From Eledone cirrhosa (lineage: Eukaryota), in the NCBI GenBank assembly GCA_964016885.1, contig OZ024740.1, positions 419,120,001 through 419,184,000 of the forward strand: 64,000 nt of DNA. Direction: 5' to 3'. The notes beneath the pieces were generated by a model. It was not told where the DNA came from, did not search any database, and was given only the letters and a program-made list of their open reading frames with translations. Positions 30,870 through 44,000 of the stretch are shown here, piece after piece (within the stretch, counting starts at the first letter, position 1; every line of letters begins with the position of its first letter). A program made the position numbers and the translations under genes.

Positions 30870-30960
30870 TAGCGTCTACCTCACCATCCTCCAGGGAAAC
30901 GCCTTCTCTATTCTGTCCGCGCGGGGCTGCGGGACGGCCAGCGCATGCCTCGCACACACA
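30870..30960 (+). mobile_element. Short CRE-clade C-terminal fragment
   Basis: GC-rich patch translating SVYLTILQGNAFSILSARG, matching the SLAIQRGNAxSIL motif. Confidence 0.55.
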
Positions 30961-31600
30961 CATTTGCTTTTTATAACAAGAGAGACGGAGGCAGTGACAA
31001 TAAGAATTTGATTCAGACCTAATATATAAGGATGTAAATATTTTTAGAAAGGCGAAGGTACAATTGTATAAAACAAACACTAGATACTTTACACAGCCGA
31101 GTGTTGAGGTTGATGTAATTAACTTTCCCTTTCCCCTTAAATTGCTGACCTTCGGGGCGGTGAATTGAGAGAAGCGTTAGAACATCGTACAAATGTTTCG
31201 TAGATATTATGTTACGGGTTATGTTCTGAGTTTAAATCTCGCCAAGAGGTAAACTTTGCCTTTCATCTTTCGATGAAATAAAGTACCAGTCATATGGCTC
31301 TTGTATAATATGATGTTGGAAGATATAAATTCATATAGGAAATATTTGAAATGGGGGGGGGGGGGGGGGTTCATAGAACCTGGGTTGGTTTTCACCAGGT
31401 TGGAATCTGGTGTCGATAATAAAGAACCGGTCAGTCAAGTCTGATCTTGTGTCTGAAACAATTATTATCTCATGTGAATCTGGATTCAACTGCGCCATTC
31501 GTTCTATTGCAATTGAAAAACGATTTGTGTTAATATACTAATAATTAATTGACCATCCTTATTTTTCTACCAAATTGTCCTGATGCCAAATCAAAAGAAA

Positions 31601-31633
<33 letters not shown>

Positions 31634-31660
31634 CACTGAGTCTGCTACAGTTTTTGCGTT

Positions 31661-32100
31661 TCATCATCATCATCGTTTAATGTCCATTTTCCATGTTTGC
31701 ATAGGTTAGACAGGTTGTCACATTTTGAGACAAGTCCGGCCCAGAAACCACGCCTTGTTCATACAAATTTGTATTTTGGCTTGATTTCTACAGCTGAATG
31801 CCCTTCCTAACACCAACCTCATTTACAGTGAGTGCTTGGTGGTTTTTATTGTGGCACCAAAATGATCATCTAACAGGGTAGACTGGGCACTTTTTGTCGT
31901 GTCACCAACATGACCACCTTACAGGGAAATGGGGCACCTTTTGTCATGTCACCAGCACCAACACCTTACTGTGTGGACTGGGTGCTTTGTTTTTGCCGTG
32001 TCACTAGCACAACCACTTTACAGGGTGGACTATGGATTTTGTCATGTCACCAGCACCACCACTTTACAGGGTGGACAGGGTGCTTTTTCTCATGTCACCA
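31661..32100 (-). mobile_element. SINE/non-autonomous element sharing the RTE family A 3' end, with internal 48-bp repeats
   Basis: (CAT)n-gtttaatgtccattttccatg...tttctacagctgaatgcccttcctaacaccaacc; relatives at 33325-33660, 38095-38240, 42200-42660, 46520-46790, 52900-53560, 57525-57785, 58000-58170. Confidence 0.8.
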
Positions 32101-32379
32101 GTTTTATCAAAGAAGAAAAAAAGATAGTTTAGAATGAGTGTTGACTGGAGTATGTCAAATTGGATTGTCAGTAATACTATCCAGCTTCTGTTTAAAAGAG
32201 CCTTCATGTGTTTGTTTGGTGTCTGCAATGTTATACAAAATATCATGTTTGTTTTAGTTCTGTCTGTTGATCAAATTGCGTGTATGTGTGTGAATATATA
32301 TTAGATAACCTTTAACCCTTTTATTACCATATTTCTAATTAATAAAGAATTGGAAGGATTTATTCACATTATTAATGAG

Positions 32380-32830
32380 TGGTAGGTTGGCAGTATCGGA
32401 AGAGCGTCGGACAACATGCTTTGCGGCATAGTTACATCCCTTTACGTTCTGAGTTCAAATCCCGTCGAGGTTAGCTTTGCTTTTCATCCTTATGGCGTCG
32501 ATAAATAAAGCACCAGGGTCAATTTAATCGACTTTCCTCTCCCCAAAATGTCTGGCCTTGTGCCTAAATCAGAAACCATTATTAATGAAGATTTCAAGAG
32601 ATTTACTAAGTTTATTAATTACATTATTGTTAAGATGGTATTTGAAACATAACAAAGAGATCTTGTGTCAAATTTGTGAGGAGGAGAAAGTTTATTAAAT
32701 TGAACCCAGTGCATTACTGGTGCTTTATTTTATCGACCCCATAAAGATGAAAGGCAAAGCTAATCTTGGCGGGATTTGAACTCAAATGTAAAGGGATGCA
32801 ACTATATGCCACAAAGCATGTTGTCCAATC
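32380..32830. mobile_element. Two Deu/Nin-like SINEs in opposite orientation (32380-32580 +, 32700-32830 -)
   Basis: A box TGGCAGTATCGG, B box GAGTTCAAATCC, ctttcatcc...gtcgataaataaag; second copy is its reverse complement. Confidence 0.8.
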
Positions 32831-33044
32831 CACTGTCCTGATATTTATTTACACAATGAAACAGTAGATTCTACTTACTAAATATATTCTGCTATATGGA
32901 ATATTATAGAATTAGTATTGGTACTTGATCAATTCCAGTAGGGCAAACAAGCTAGTTGAGGTAACACATGTAATGGTCTCTACCATTTGGTAATTCTTTG
33001 TGTGTCTGTGTATTACTGGAATATTCCTGGATCTAGCTTATTTT

Positions 33045-35660
33045 GTATATGTGTGTATATGTGTGTATATAATGTGGCTGTAGTCTCTATGTCTGTATAT
33101 AATGTGGTCTGTATATGTCTATATAATGTGGCTGTAGTCTCTATGTCTGTATATAATATGGTCTGTATATGTGTGTATATAATATGGTCTATATGTGTGT
33201 ATATAATGTGGTCTGTATATGTCTGTATATAATGTGGTCTGTATATAATGTGCTGTAGTCTCTATGGTCTGTATATGTCTGTATATAATGTGGTCTGTAT
33301 ATGTGTGTATATAATATGGTCTGTATCATCATCACCGTTTTACGTCCGTTCTTCCACGCTAGCATGGGTTAGACGGGTTGTCCTGTTGTGGGCAGTGTCT
33401 GGTCGGCTGACCATGCCTTGCTCATACAGGAACTGATCTGGCTTGATTTCTACAGCTGGATGCCCTTCCTAACACCAACCTCATTTACAGTGAGTGCTGG
33501 GTGCTTTTTCGTGGCGCCTACACGTCCACTTTACAGTGTGGGATGGGTGCTTTTTTGCCGTGGCACCTCCACGACCACCTTGCGGTGGGGGGAGTGGGGG
33601 CATATTGTTTATATGCTTCAGCATGTACCCATGGGGGGTCGGGTACCCTGTATATGTACCCCTGTATATGTGTGTATATAATGTGGTCTGTATATGTGTA
33701 TATATTTGTTTCTACTTTTTGGCACAAGGCCAGCAATTACGCAGTACATTACTGGTAATTTATTTTATCGACTCCGTAACGATGAAAGGCAAAGTTAACA
33801 TCGGTGAGATTTGAACTCAGAATGGCAAGGGCCGTAACTCTATGCGTCAAAGCATGGCGTCCGACGCTCTACCGATACTGCCAATCCACCAATGTGGTCT
33901 GTATATAATGTGGCTTGTATATAATATGGTCTGTATATGTGTGTATATAATGTGACTGTAGTCTCTATGTGTGTATATAATGTGGTCTGTATATGTGTGT
34001 ATATAATGTGGTCTGTATATGTGTGTATATAATGAGGCCTGTATATGTGTATATAATGAGGCCTGTATATGTGTATATAATGAGGCCTGTATATTTGTGT
34101 ATATAATGTGGCCTGTATGTCTGTATATATAATATGGTCTGTATATATGTGTATATAATGTGGCCTGTGTATATATGTATATATAATGTGGTCTGTATAT
34201 ATGTATATATAATTGTTTCTACTTTTGGCACAAGGCCAGCAAATACCCACTACATTACTGGTACTTTATTTTATCGACCCCGTAAGGATGAAAGTCAACC
34301 TCGGCGGAATTTGAACTCGGATCGTAAAGGGACGTAACTATGCTGAAAGCATGGCGTCCGACCCTCGACTGATACTGTCAATCCACCGCCCTATATATGT
34401 ATATATAATATGGTCTGTATATATGTATATATAATGTGGTCTGTGTATATGTATATATAATATGGTCTGTATATATGTGTATATAATGTGGTCTGTATAT
34501 ATGTATATATAATGTGGCCTGTGTAATATGTATATATAATATGATCTGTATATATGTATATATAATGTGGCCTGTGTATATGTATATATAATGTGGTCTG
34601 TATATATGTATATATAATGTGGTCTGTATATATGTATATATAATGTGGCCTGTGTATATGTATATATAATGTGGTCTGTATATATGTATATATAATGTGG
34701 CCTGTGTAATATGTATATATAATATGATCTGTATATATGTATATATAATGTGGCCTGTGTAATATGTATATATAATATGATCTGTATATATGTATATATA
34801 ATGTGGCCTGTGTATATGTATATATAATGTGGTCTGTATATATGTATATATAATGTGGCCTGTGTATATGTATATATAATGTGGTCTGTATATATGTATA
34901 TATAATGTGGCCTGTGTAATATGTATATATAATATGATCTGTATATATGTATATATAATGTGGCCTGTGTAATATGTATATATAATATGATCTGTATATA
35001 TGTATATATAATGTGGCCTGTGTATATGTATATATAATGTGGTCTGTATATATGTATATATAATGTGGCCTGTGTATATGTATATATAATGTGGTCTGTA
35101 TATATGTATATATAATGTGGCCTGTGTAATATGTATATATAATATGATCTGTATATATGTATATATAATTGTTTCTACTATTGGCACAAGGCCAGAAATT
35201 ACCCAGTACATTACTGGTACTTTATTTTATCGACCCCGTAAGGATGAAAGGCAAAGTTAACCTCGGCGGGATTAATGTGGTCTGTATATATGTATATATA
35301 ATGTGGTCTGTATATATGTATATATAATGTGGCCTGTGTATATGTATATATAATGTGGTCTGTATATATGTATATATAATGTGGTCTGTATATATGTATA
35401 TATAATATGGTCTGTATATATGTATATATAATGTGGTCTGTGTATATGTATATATAATGTGGCCTGTGTATATGTATATATAATGTGATCTGTATATATG
35501 TATATATAATGTGGTCTGTATATGTGTATATATAATGTTGTCTGTGTATATATGTATATATAATGTGATCTGTGTATATAATGTGGTCTGTGTATATAAT
35601 GTGGTGTGTATATATAATGTGATCTGTATATATAATGTGGTCTGTGTATATAATGTGGTC
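33045..35660. repeat. 24-26-bp minisatellite (ATAATGTGGTCTGTATATATGTATAT) interrupted by four SINE insertions
   Basis: Tandem monomers; SINEs at 33325-33660, 33705-33890, 34211-34391, 35168-35272; variant cctgtgtaat recurs with 210-bp period (34701, 34911, 35121). Confidence 0.95.
34211..34391 (-). mobile_element. Near full-length Deu/Nin-like tRNA SINE
   Basis: Reverse complement of gggcggtggattgacagtatcagtcgagggtcggacgcc...gagttcaaattccgccgagg...gtagaaacaatt. Confidence 0.88.
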
Positions 35661-36534
35661 AGTGAAAGTGGACATTGATTAGAAACATTGTGGTCTGGAT
35701 AGTCAATGTGAAGCCAAGTTCATCCTGCTTATATTGAACCATTGTCCTATATATTAATCTTATTGTTATGTTACTCATCTCATAGAATATCATTCTTCAT
35801 TATTTTAAAGGTGACTGGGAACTCTTGATTTAAAAAAAATATGAATACAAAAGTCCTCATCTATATATATATAGAGAGAGAATGAAATGTTTTGAGATTC
35901 ATGCCTTTCTCTGCAGTATTAGTGAACTCTCATGTCTCAAATAATCACCCCTCCTGCTGTTATGCACCCGCCACCACCACCACCACACTTATTAAATGTT
36001 GCTTATATCTCCAGCGAAATTTTATTTTAATTTTCTTCATACATGACAAAAAACTGTACATTACTAGAAATCCCATATGCTATAACGTTTTAAAATAAAT
36101 AGGATGGGTTGAAATCTCAATATGTAAACTATACAACTGATTCTGGTTTTTAAAAACATCAGCGGAGACAACCTAGAAAAATTACCAATTTTTCAACCCC
36201 ACCCCACCCCATTATTTGGGACCCGAGAGTAAGTAAAATAAATGAGATGTAGGCCCCCAGCCCATCTGAGAAGTTACAGTACTGACCTGGTCTATGATGA
36301 CCTGTTGAAACCTTGCTAGTAGGGAGAATGGATGTTAAATGATGAAGTAAAATGGCTTCAGCTGACAATTTAAATTTGGTTACTGATTCTGCTTCCAAAG
36401 AACTAAATTTTCTGCTACACTTTTTAATTGAATTATTTGATTTTTTTTTTATATACAAACATTGTACAACCTGAGAAAAGAAATGAAAGCCAATTGTATT
36501 TTTAGATATTAAAGGGATTCTTCACTTCTAATCT

Positions 36535-36960
36535 TGTTTCTTTGGCCACAAATCCAGGCTTTGCTGCCCACTGTGCAAAGGAGGGGAAGATGGTCAAATA
36601 CCAGGGCCTATCAGGCCCCAGACCACTTCCTCTTTGCATTGCTGATTTCCTCCATTAAATTGGAAAGATGGCGGGCGGGCCTCTTGTGGAAGGAGCCCTG
36701 TGAGGTGAGAGTGGCTGCTGCAGCGAGTGTCTGGCTATTCTTTGCACTAACACCATTGCCATTTTGACTGCGGGGTGCAGCTAAGGCTCCACTCAGACTG
36801 GAGTTTAGTGTCTGTCTGTCCCTCCCTCTTTTGCTTTCTTTCATTGTTTGATCTTTTTTTTTTTTTGGTTCCCTTTAATAGTGTGTGTCCCCCTTTTCTC
36901 ATTTATGTTTTTTATAGTCCTTTACTTTCCTATATAGCCATGTACCAATGTTAGAGAAAA
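36535..36960 (+). mobile_element. Decayed CRE-clade C-terminal fragment with 3' UTR
   Basis: Translates VSLATNPGFAAHCAKEGKMVKYQGLS ... EWLLQRVS/LAILCTNTIAILTAG across frameshifts. Confidence 0.65.
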
Positions 36961-37592
36961 TCTTTATTATTGTAGTCAAGCTGCTTAGAATCTATTTTTG
37001 TTTCTGTTTTTGATCTGTTGCTGTTAGTCATAAAACTCAGTCTTGGTTTCTTCTCATTCAAGGATTAAATATATACTTAATGTAGTTCAGCTGACCCCAC
37101 ACCAAAGTCTTCTCTATTTCTCTGATATATAACATTTACAAAGAGTAGTAGAGATTTATTGTCTATTAGTTAACCTGTGAATAACCTGTTGGCTTACAGG
37201 CTTTATGTCTCACCACACAGATTATCCATGAACTGCACTAATCTTTTACAGCTAGTTGAAAGAAAATATGAACAACAATAGCACAATTTAATAATAGTAG
37301 GTCAAAACTCCTAATCACCTAGCTATAATTATCTTTATTGTAAAACATACATTGAAAAATTTGCAGTGAGATTGATTCAGTGATTATCACTTCAGTCCAG
37401 TTTTTTTTTTTCCTTGAAAAACTAGCATTTTAGCTAATTATATATATATTATATCTATATATTGTTATGCATTTAATATGTACAGCTCATATAACAATTA
37501 AATAACTAGTAAATAAAATTTTCCTGTGTAATTATACTTTTAATAAATTATTCCTATGGTGCGTGTCTTTTGCTTCACCCTGTATATTTAAT

Positions 37593-37860
37593 ATGTATCA
37601 ATACCATAACATAGTATATATATATATAAGAAAGGCTTCTACAGGACTAGAGCTGTTTCATTCGGGAGAAATCACCAGGAAGCATCAGGGGCTTCCTGAT
37701 GGTTTCTCCCGAATGAAACAGTTCTAGTCCTGTAGAAGCCTTTCTATATTAAATATTTATACTCTGCTTTGTATTGAGTACCTTACTTACTGTGGTTATC
37801 CCCGATTGAACCCGGAATAAACTTATACACGCAAACACTATGTTAAGGTATTGATACATA
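37593..37860. mobile_element. Penelope-like pLTR with inverted partial copy, forming a ~55-bp-arm foldback of two hammerhead motifs
   Basis: Arms 37629-37683 and 37691-37745, 7-nt loop; outer inverted pair about 37593-37616 / 37837-37860; homologous to 46110-46260. Confidence 0.85.
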
Positions 37861-38746
37861 TCAAATTTAAATGTATAATGATCATGTTTTTCAATAAAAA
37901 AAAAAGCTCAATGAACCTTAGCTCAGAGCATGACTTATACATGTTTAAAAGATAGATATATATAGAGAGAAATAGGTATTATCAATATGTATAATTTACT
38001 ACATATTGTTTGCTCTATATATGTGTACAAAATACTGTTTCATGATGTATTCCTTTTTCTCTCTCTATGTATATTTTAAACTTATATATATATAGGCGTT
38101 AGGAAGGGCATCTAGCCGTAGAAACCAAGCCTGAATCGGTTCTGTATGAGCAAAACATGGTCATCTGATCTGATTTGTCTCACAGCGGAACAATTCGTCT
38201 AACCCATGCTAGCGTGGAAAAGGGTCGTTTAACGGTGATATATGTGTGTCTGTCTATATGTCGGCACAAACACGTCCAACGGAATTCTGCATAGTTTCTG
38301 TCGAATTAACTCTACTAACACGGTATTAGTTAACACAAGGCATATAAAATAATCTAACGATAGTCAGTGTGATTCCAGAATTTACTGGTGGTCGACATCG
38401 TAGAAACATCGAATTATTATATGATTTATATCATTCATCTTAACAAATATATTTTATTTTAATATTAATTTACCAACTATTTTTGGACAATTTAGAATCA
38501 AGAACATTCCATTGGAGTCAATTAAAATAGAAACAAACAAAAGAATAGGACAGTTTTGAGGAGTGTTGAATAAATCTAATCGTTGGCAACACAGTCCTTC
38601 ACCAGTTTCCTGAGGAATATTTTATAATAAAATGTTTGTTTTAGGGGAAACTAGGAATGAGGTAGTTGATTATTTGTAAGATAAAACTGGTTTCACAGGG
38701 GAGACAACTCTTTGTTGACATAAAGCTAATATTGTTTTTTTATTTA

Positions 38747-39322
38747 CTCTCGAGTCTCAAATAATAGAGGGGTGGTGGAAAATCGTTAATTTTTCTAGGT
38801 TGTTTCCTTTGATTTAAAAAAAAAAACAGAATTAGTCGTTTAGTTTACATATTGAGACTTTCAGCCCATCCTATTTATTTTATTACGTAGGAATTTCTAG
38901 TAATGTACTTTTTTATCGTGTATAATGTTTTTTAATGTCTAAAGAAAATTATCGCAGGAATGCTGCCACTTCTCGTCGTCTTCGCCCACTCATTCCTGAG
39001 AAGGTCGTGGAGGCAGAGTCCTCAGACACTCCTTTCAACAGGCTCTGTCAGAAGCATCCATCTCCAGCTGGATCCCCAAGTGATACCAGCCAAGCTCATG
39101 CATGTTATCCAAACATCTTGCTCGGGGTCTACTCCAGGGTCTCCTGCCGACTGGTTTTGCCCGTAAAATCTGTCCAGCGATTCTTTCCTGAGACATTCTA
39201 ACCACATGCTACCACTTAAAATAAAATTTCGCCGGAGATAGATTAACAGAATTTAATAAGACCGGGAGGAGGGGGGGTCTGATAAATTAATAGGGTAGGT
39301 GGGGGTTATTCGAGACTCGAGA
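38747..39322. mobile_element. TIR-bearing MITE with a nested RTE family B 3' fragment (38975-39210, -)
   Basis: Ends CTCTCGAGTCTCAAATAA / TTATTCGAGACTCGAGA; related pieces at 23135-23290, 36140-36230, 50845-50900. Confidence 0.65.
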
Positions 39323-40384
39323 ATTCTTACATTTTTTTACCTTCGTGATGGAATACGTATGATTTATTTTTAAAAATACACAAATAAAACTTTAATAATA
39401 CTCTTTTAAGTAAATGTTTGTGTAAGTTTAAAATTACATAAACATGATAAAGAATTTAATATTTGATCAAACATAATGAAAAAGAAAGTTGTAATATATA
39501 GTAGAAATGCCATAATTGTTTCTTGTAGTAAAAATTCATGCTTGAAATCTAAAAAAGTTTGTTTTCTTTTACATATTTATTCTAAAATGTATTCAACATC
39601 TTATTCGTAATGATTTCAATAAGTTATGTAGCATAGTTGGTATATAAGATGTATGGCTATATAAATACGTTACTTTCATAAGTCTTTGTTGTGTTTTCAT
39701 CAGACAAGTGTTAAGTTGTAATAGGGAAGGCCAACTGGAGGCAAAATAGACATTAAAAAGTGGGAAACAAGGGAAGCTGCAAAGCAGCTAGAAGGTTCTA
39801 TTAAATATGAGAGTAATCAATGGAAGACCCCACCACCACCATTTGTTGTATGTATAGATATATATAGTTAATGGGATACAGTTTATTTATTTAGTACCAG
39901 TTATGTCTGAAGATGTGAGAATTAAATAAGACCAAATACTACATCTAAATTTGACACCCTTATCAGGAGTTTTATTTAACAGTTATTTAAAACTTCGTTA
40001 CCGTAATTATAATAAAATATATTGTCTTACAATTAATTAATGCAGAATTTTGAAAGATTTACTCAAATGATTAATTATTTCGTACCTAATATAATAACTT
40101 AACATATAGTTCTTGTATAATATCATGTTAGAAGATATAAATTTATATAGGAATTGTTTGGAATGGGAAATTTTCTTTCATAGAACAAGGGTCTGTTTTA
40201 ATCAGGTTGGTATCAAAAGGGTTAATCTCAGGAGGTAAATACAGAATGGGTGGTAGTAGCATCTGTCCATTACCACAACAGAAGTTGAATGAAGGATTTC
40301 TTGGAAACTCCTAAAGAATCTTTCTTTTAACTACCTGAATGTACCACATTTTACATATTTTTCATCCATCTGGCAAGAGTAGGC

Positions 40385-40547
40385 CCCAAGTAAGATGGTT
40401 GGATAACATCCATGAGTTCGGCTGGTCTCACTTGAGGATCCAACAAGATCATTTGGAGGCTGTTGCTTCTGACAAGACCCGCTGAAAGAAGTGTTTGATG
40501 ACTCTGCCCCCATGACCCTTTCAGGAATAATTGGGCAAAGAAGAAGA
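40385..40547 (+). mobile_element. RTE family B 3' fragment
   Basis: aagatggttggataacatccatgag...ctctgcccccatgaccctttcaggaataattgggcaaagaagaag. Confidence 0.7.
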
Positions 40548-40752
40548 TTTATCTACATGAACTTTTTACAATATAGTTTTCATTAAATTCACTTCTTTTA
40601 TTTCTGTTTCTCCTTTCAGTGACAGTCAGCAAATATAATGGCTAGTATTAGTGTAAAATGAAACCAATGAATAAACGATGCCTTCCTTCCATGCTGTGGC
40701 TTTATTGTCATACTAGTTACCGAAAACATCTCAAACGGAATGGATCTTGTTG

Positions 40753-40868
40753 ATGAAAATGTCAATCCAAGATCGTATAGCTCTTATTTACTACAACTAT
40801 GGATTATTTTGTGCTAGCCATTCTTACTCAATTATTGGCTCAGTTTTATTTATTGTGATAATAGCATG
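40753..40868 (+). CDS. SCAP: SCAP coding exon 1 (exon starts at 40620 with 5' UTR)
   Basis: [38 protein letters not shown]; in-frame TAG upstream at 40714-40716; acceptor tttcag at 40619, donor gtgagt. Confidence 0.9.
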
Positions 40869-40977
40869 GTGAGTAATATTTTTAAAAACAATTTTTATCC
40901 CTCTTTATTTAACTATCAAATTATTGATTTCATCTTGCACAAACGTCATACATATGCATACATACTCATACACTAAC

Positions 40978-41012
<35 letters not shown>

Positions 41013-44000
41013 GTGTTCCAAGAAATGTGTACGCACTTTGATTACCTGTACAGGCAATATTTATTAGAATGCTCATCAAACTGGTGATATGACAAAAAAA
41101 AATATTTTGTCATATCACCAGTCTGACGAGCAGATCGATACTGGAGTCGGGTCCATAACTCCTATGGGTGACCTTGAGCCAATCCTCTGTGAAACGCGCA
41201 TAACAGGGCGATACACAATAAATATTTTTTAGATGTAAACAAAACTTCCTCATTTTTTTTCTATTATATACACTCTGTCTATGCATAGAGTGCTTGATTG
41301 GTACCAACACCAGTATTTAACTGTACTACATACACTATATATATATACCCTTGCAAGCAGGGAAAAACGGATGTAAAATGATGATGATGATGATATATAT
41401 ATTTCAAAAGTAAATGGAGATTTAATAGATTGAAATTCCTAGAAAATATAGAAACTTCAAAAACAGAAAATAACAGTAACCACAGTCAATTGCTAGAAAT
41501 AGTAACTTAGGAAACTCAACAAGCTATTCCTATAGATGCTACAAAATATCAAACTCTGTATCTCTCAATTCTAGCTGAATGTTTCTTAACTAAACAGTCA
41601 TTGTGGTTAAGTTACTTTCTGTGTTTGAGATTAGTTTCATTCTTTACATATTCAGGTTGAAAGATAAACCATAAAAATGATGGCTAAGTGGTCAGTCTCG
41701 CTTTGGTGTAATAGTAATACAGCCATTATATATGTTTGTGTGTGCATTATATTAAAGACACAACTATGTCCATGTTGTATTTTTTATTATTACAAATTTG
41801 TCCTTATTAGTTCTTTGTTTGGTTTGGAGCAATAGTGTTCTTAAATCCATAAGAATGATGTTAGTAATGATATGTTGATTGTACACTTTGCAGAAGGTTT
41901 TGATGGAGAAAAAACAGAATTTAATATGCAGAAAAATATAATTTTGCAGTTTTGTATAATTATTTTTCAAACTTTTTTTTAATTATCTAATTAATCTTTA
42001 AAATCCTGTTCTGTTTTTCAGTTATCCATTGACCAAAGTGCCTCTTCCTGGAAATGCTCCACTAGAATATACTATCCCAATTCAAAACTTCCTGGAACAG
42101 AGGCAAATGACCTCTCATGGAAAAGATTATTCTTTACATGGAAAAGACCTGAAAATACCACCACGATGGGTGAATACTTTTTCCTGACTTGCATATCATT
42201 GTCGTCACCACCAGCACTTTCCCTGATAGCAAGGTTTGGACGGGTCTACATAGACTGAAGTGGGGCTACTGACAGGCCAGAGATCTGTGTCTTACTTATG
42301 TATGGTCTCACTTTCATTCTGCCAAGTGACAAGAGAGGTTGTCATGTCTTTGACACAACTGAGGGACCTTCTAACATCTTGGTTGACAAGCTTTCTATGG
42401 CTAGATGCCCTTCCTATCACAACCACATTACAGTGTGTACTGGGTGTGTTATCATGTAGATCACCAACACCAGGGAGGCTTCCATGTCCTTCACATGACT
42501 GAAGGATCCTCCTATCCTTTTGTTAGGCAAACTTTCTACAGTTGGACACCTTTCCTAAAACCAACCACTTTACAGAGTGTACTGGGTGCTTTTATTGTGT
42601 AGATTACCAACACTAGGGAGGTTGTCATGTCCTTGACACAACTAAAGGGTCCTCCCAACCCCAACATCGATTTTTGGTCACATATTCCTTGGTTCGAGTA
42701 AATACGGTACTTTTATGATTCTTGTTAATGTTAACAGTTTCCAATAGTAAGAGATAAGTGCTTTCCAATAAACCTAGCATCATAGGAGAATTCATTCTTT
42801 CATTTTAGAAATATAAATTTATATTATTGATTATCCTTTCAAAATTAAAGTAGAAATAGATTCTTAGTAAATTCTTTTGACTTTTTATTTTTCAGTATAC
42901 TGGTTCACCCTTTGGCTATGTACAGCAAATTCTTTTTAAAGGAACAGTGAAACCTTGGTTCCCAAAGAAAATGATACCAAGTGATGCTTTTCGAGGACCT
43001 CTTAGTAAAGTTTTCGATGTTGTAGAAGAGTTAAATTCATTCAAATACTCTAACAAGTGAGTGGAAATGTTTATATATATATATGATGGCTGCAACTCGA
43101 TTTCTGTTAAGTTGAACATTGCAGCATCATATTTCTCTAGCTGCACATTTCAAGTGTAATGATGACTTTAACAAATAAATATTTACAACTGAATTGATAT
43201 CTTCTCTTATCAGAAATATTGTTGTAAAAACTTACAAATTGTTTGATTATAATGGTGAAGTAGTCACTCCAGGTAGAGTTGCTATTTCTCCAAATTAAGA
43301 GATCACAGCTCTGATACTATGGCCATGTGGCTAGAATGTCTCAGGAAAGAATTGATGGACAGATTTTACTGACAAAACCAACCGGCAGGAGACCCAGGGG
43401 TAGACCCAGAGCAAGATGGTTAGATAACATTCATGAACTTGGCTGGTCACGCTTGGGGATCCAGGTGGATCAGTTGGAGATGGTTGCTTCTGACAGGACC
43501 TGCTGGAAGGAATGTTTGAGGACTTGCCCCCACATCCCTCTCAGGAATAAGTGGGCAAAGAAGAAGTAGCTAATAAAAATAAAACAACTACTAAACGGAA
43601 CAGAAAAGGAAAATAAAAAAGAATAAGTAAGAAGGATTAAGTGGCGAAATAAAGGAAGAGGAGGGGGCAGTCATTGAAAACACTATTCACTTCCCTGACA
43701 TTTGTGTATTATTGACTTTGCCTTTCATCCTTACGGGGTCGATAAAATAAAGTACCAGTAATGCACTGGGTAATTGCTGGCCTTGTGCCAGAAACAATTA
43801 TTCTATGTACTATACATGCACCTTTGATGAGTTGTAGTGCACCTGAGCACTTTACACAATAATTTCATTATCTTTTCATTAAACTTTTGTTTCAACATCA
43901 AAAACTAAATAACAGTTTTCAATCATCATCATCATCATCATCAGCGTTTAACGTCCGTGTTCCACGCTTGCATGGGTTTGGACGGGGGTAGTCCCACTTG

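Noticed and set aside
30870-30960. GC-rich patch as a CpG-island promoter for SCAP
   Set aside because: Better explained as a CRE-clade retrotransposon remnant (ILQGNAFSIL motif)
33840-35675. His/Tyr/Ile-rich ORFs up to 277 aa
   Set aside because: Translations of the 24-26-bp minisatellite
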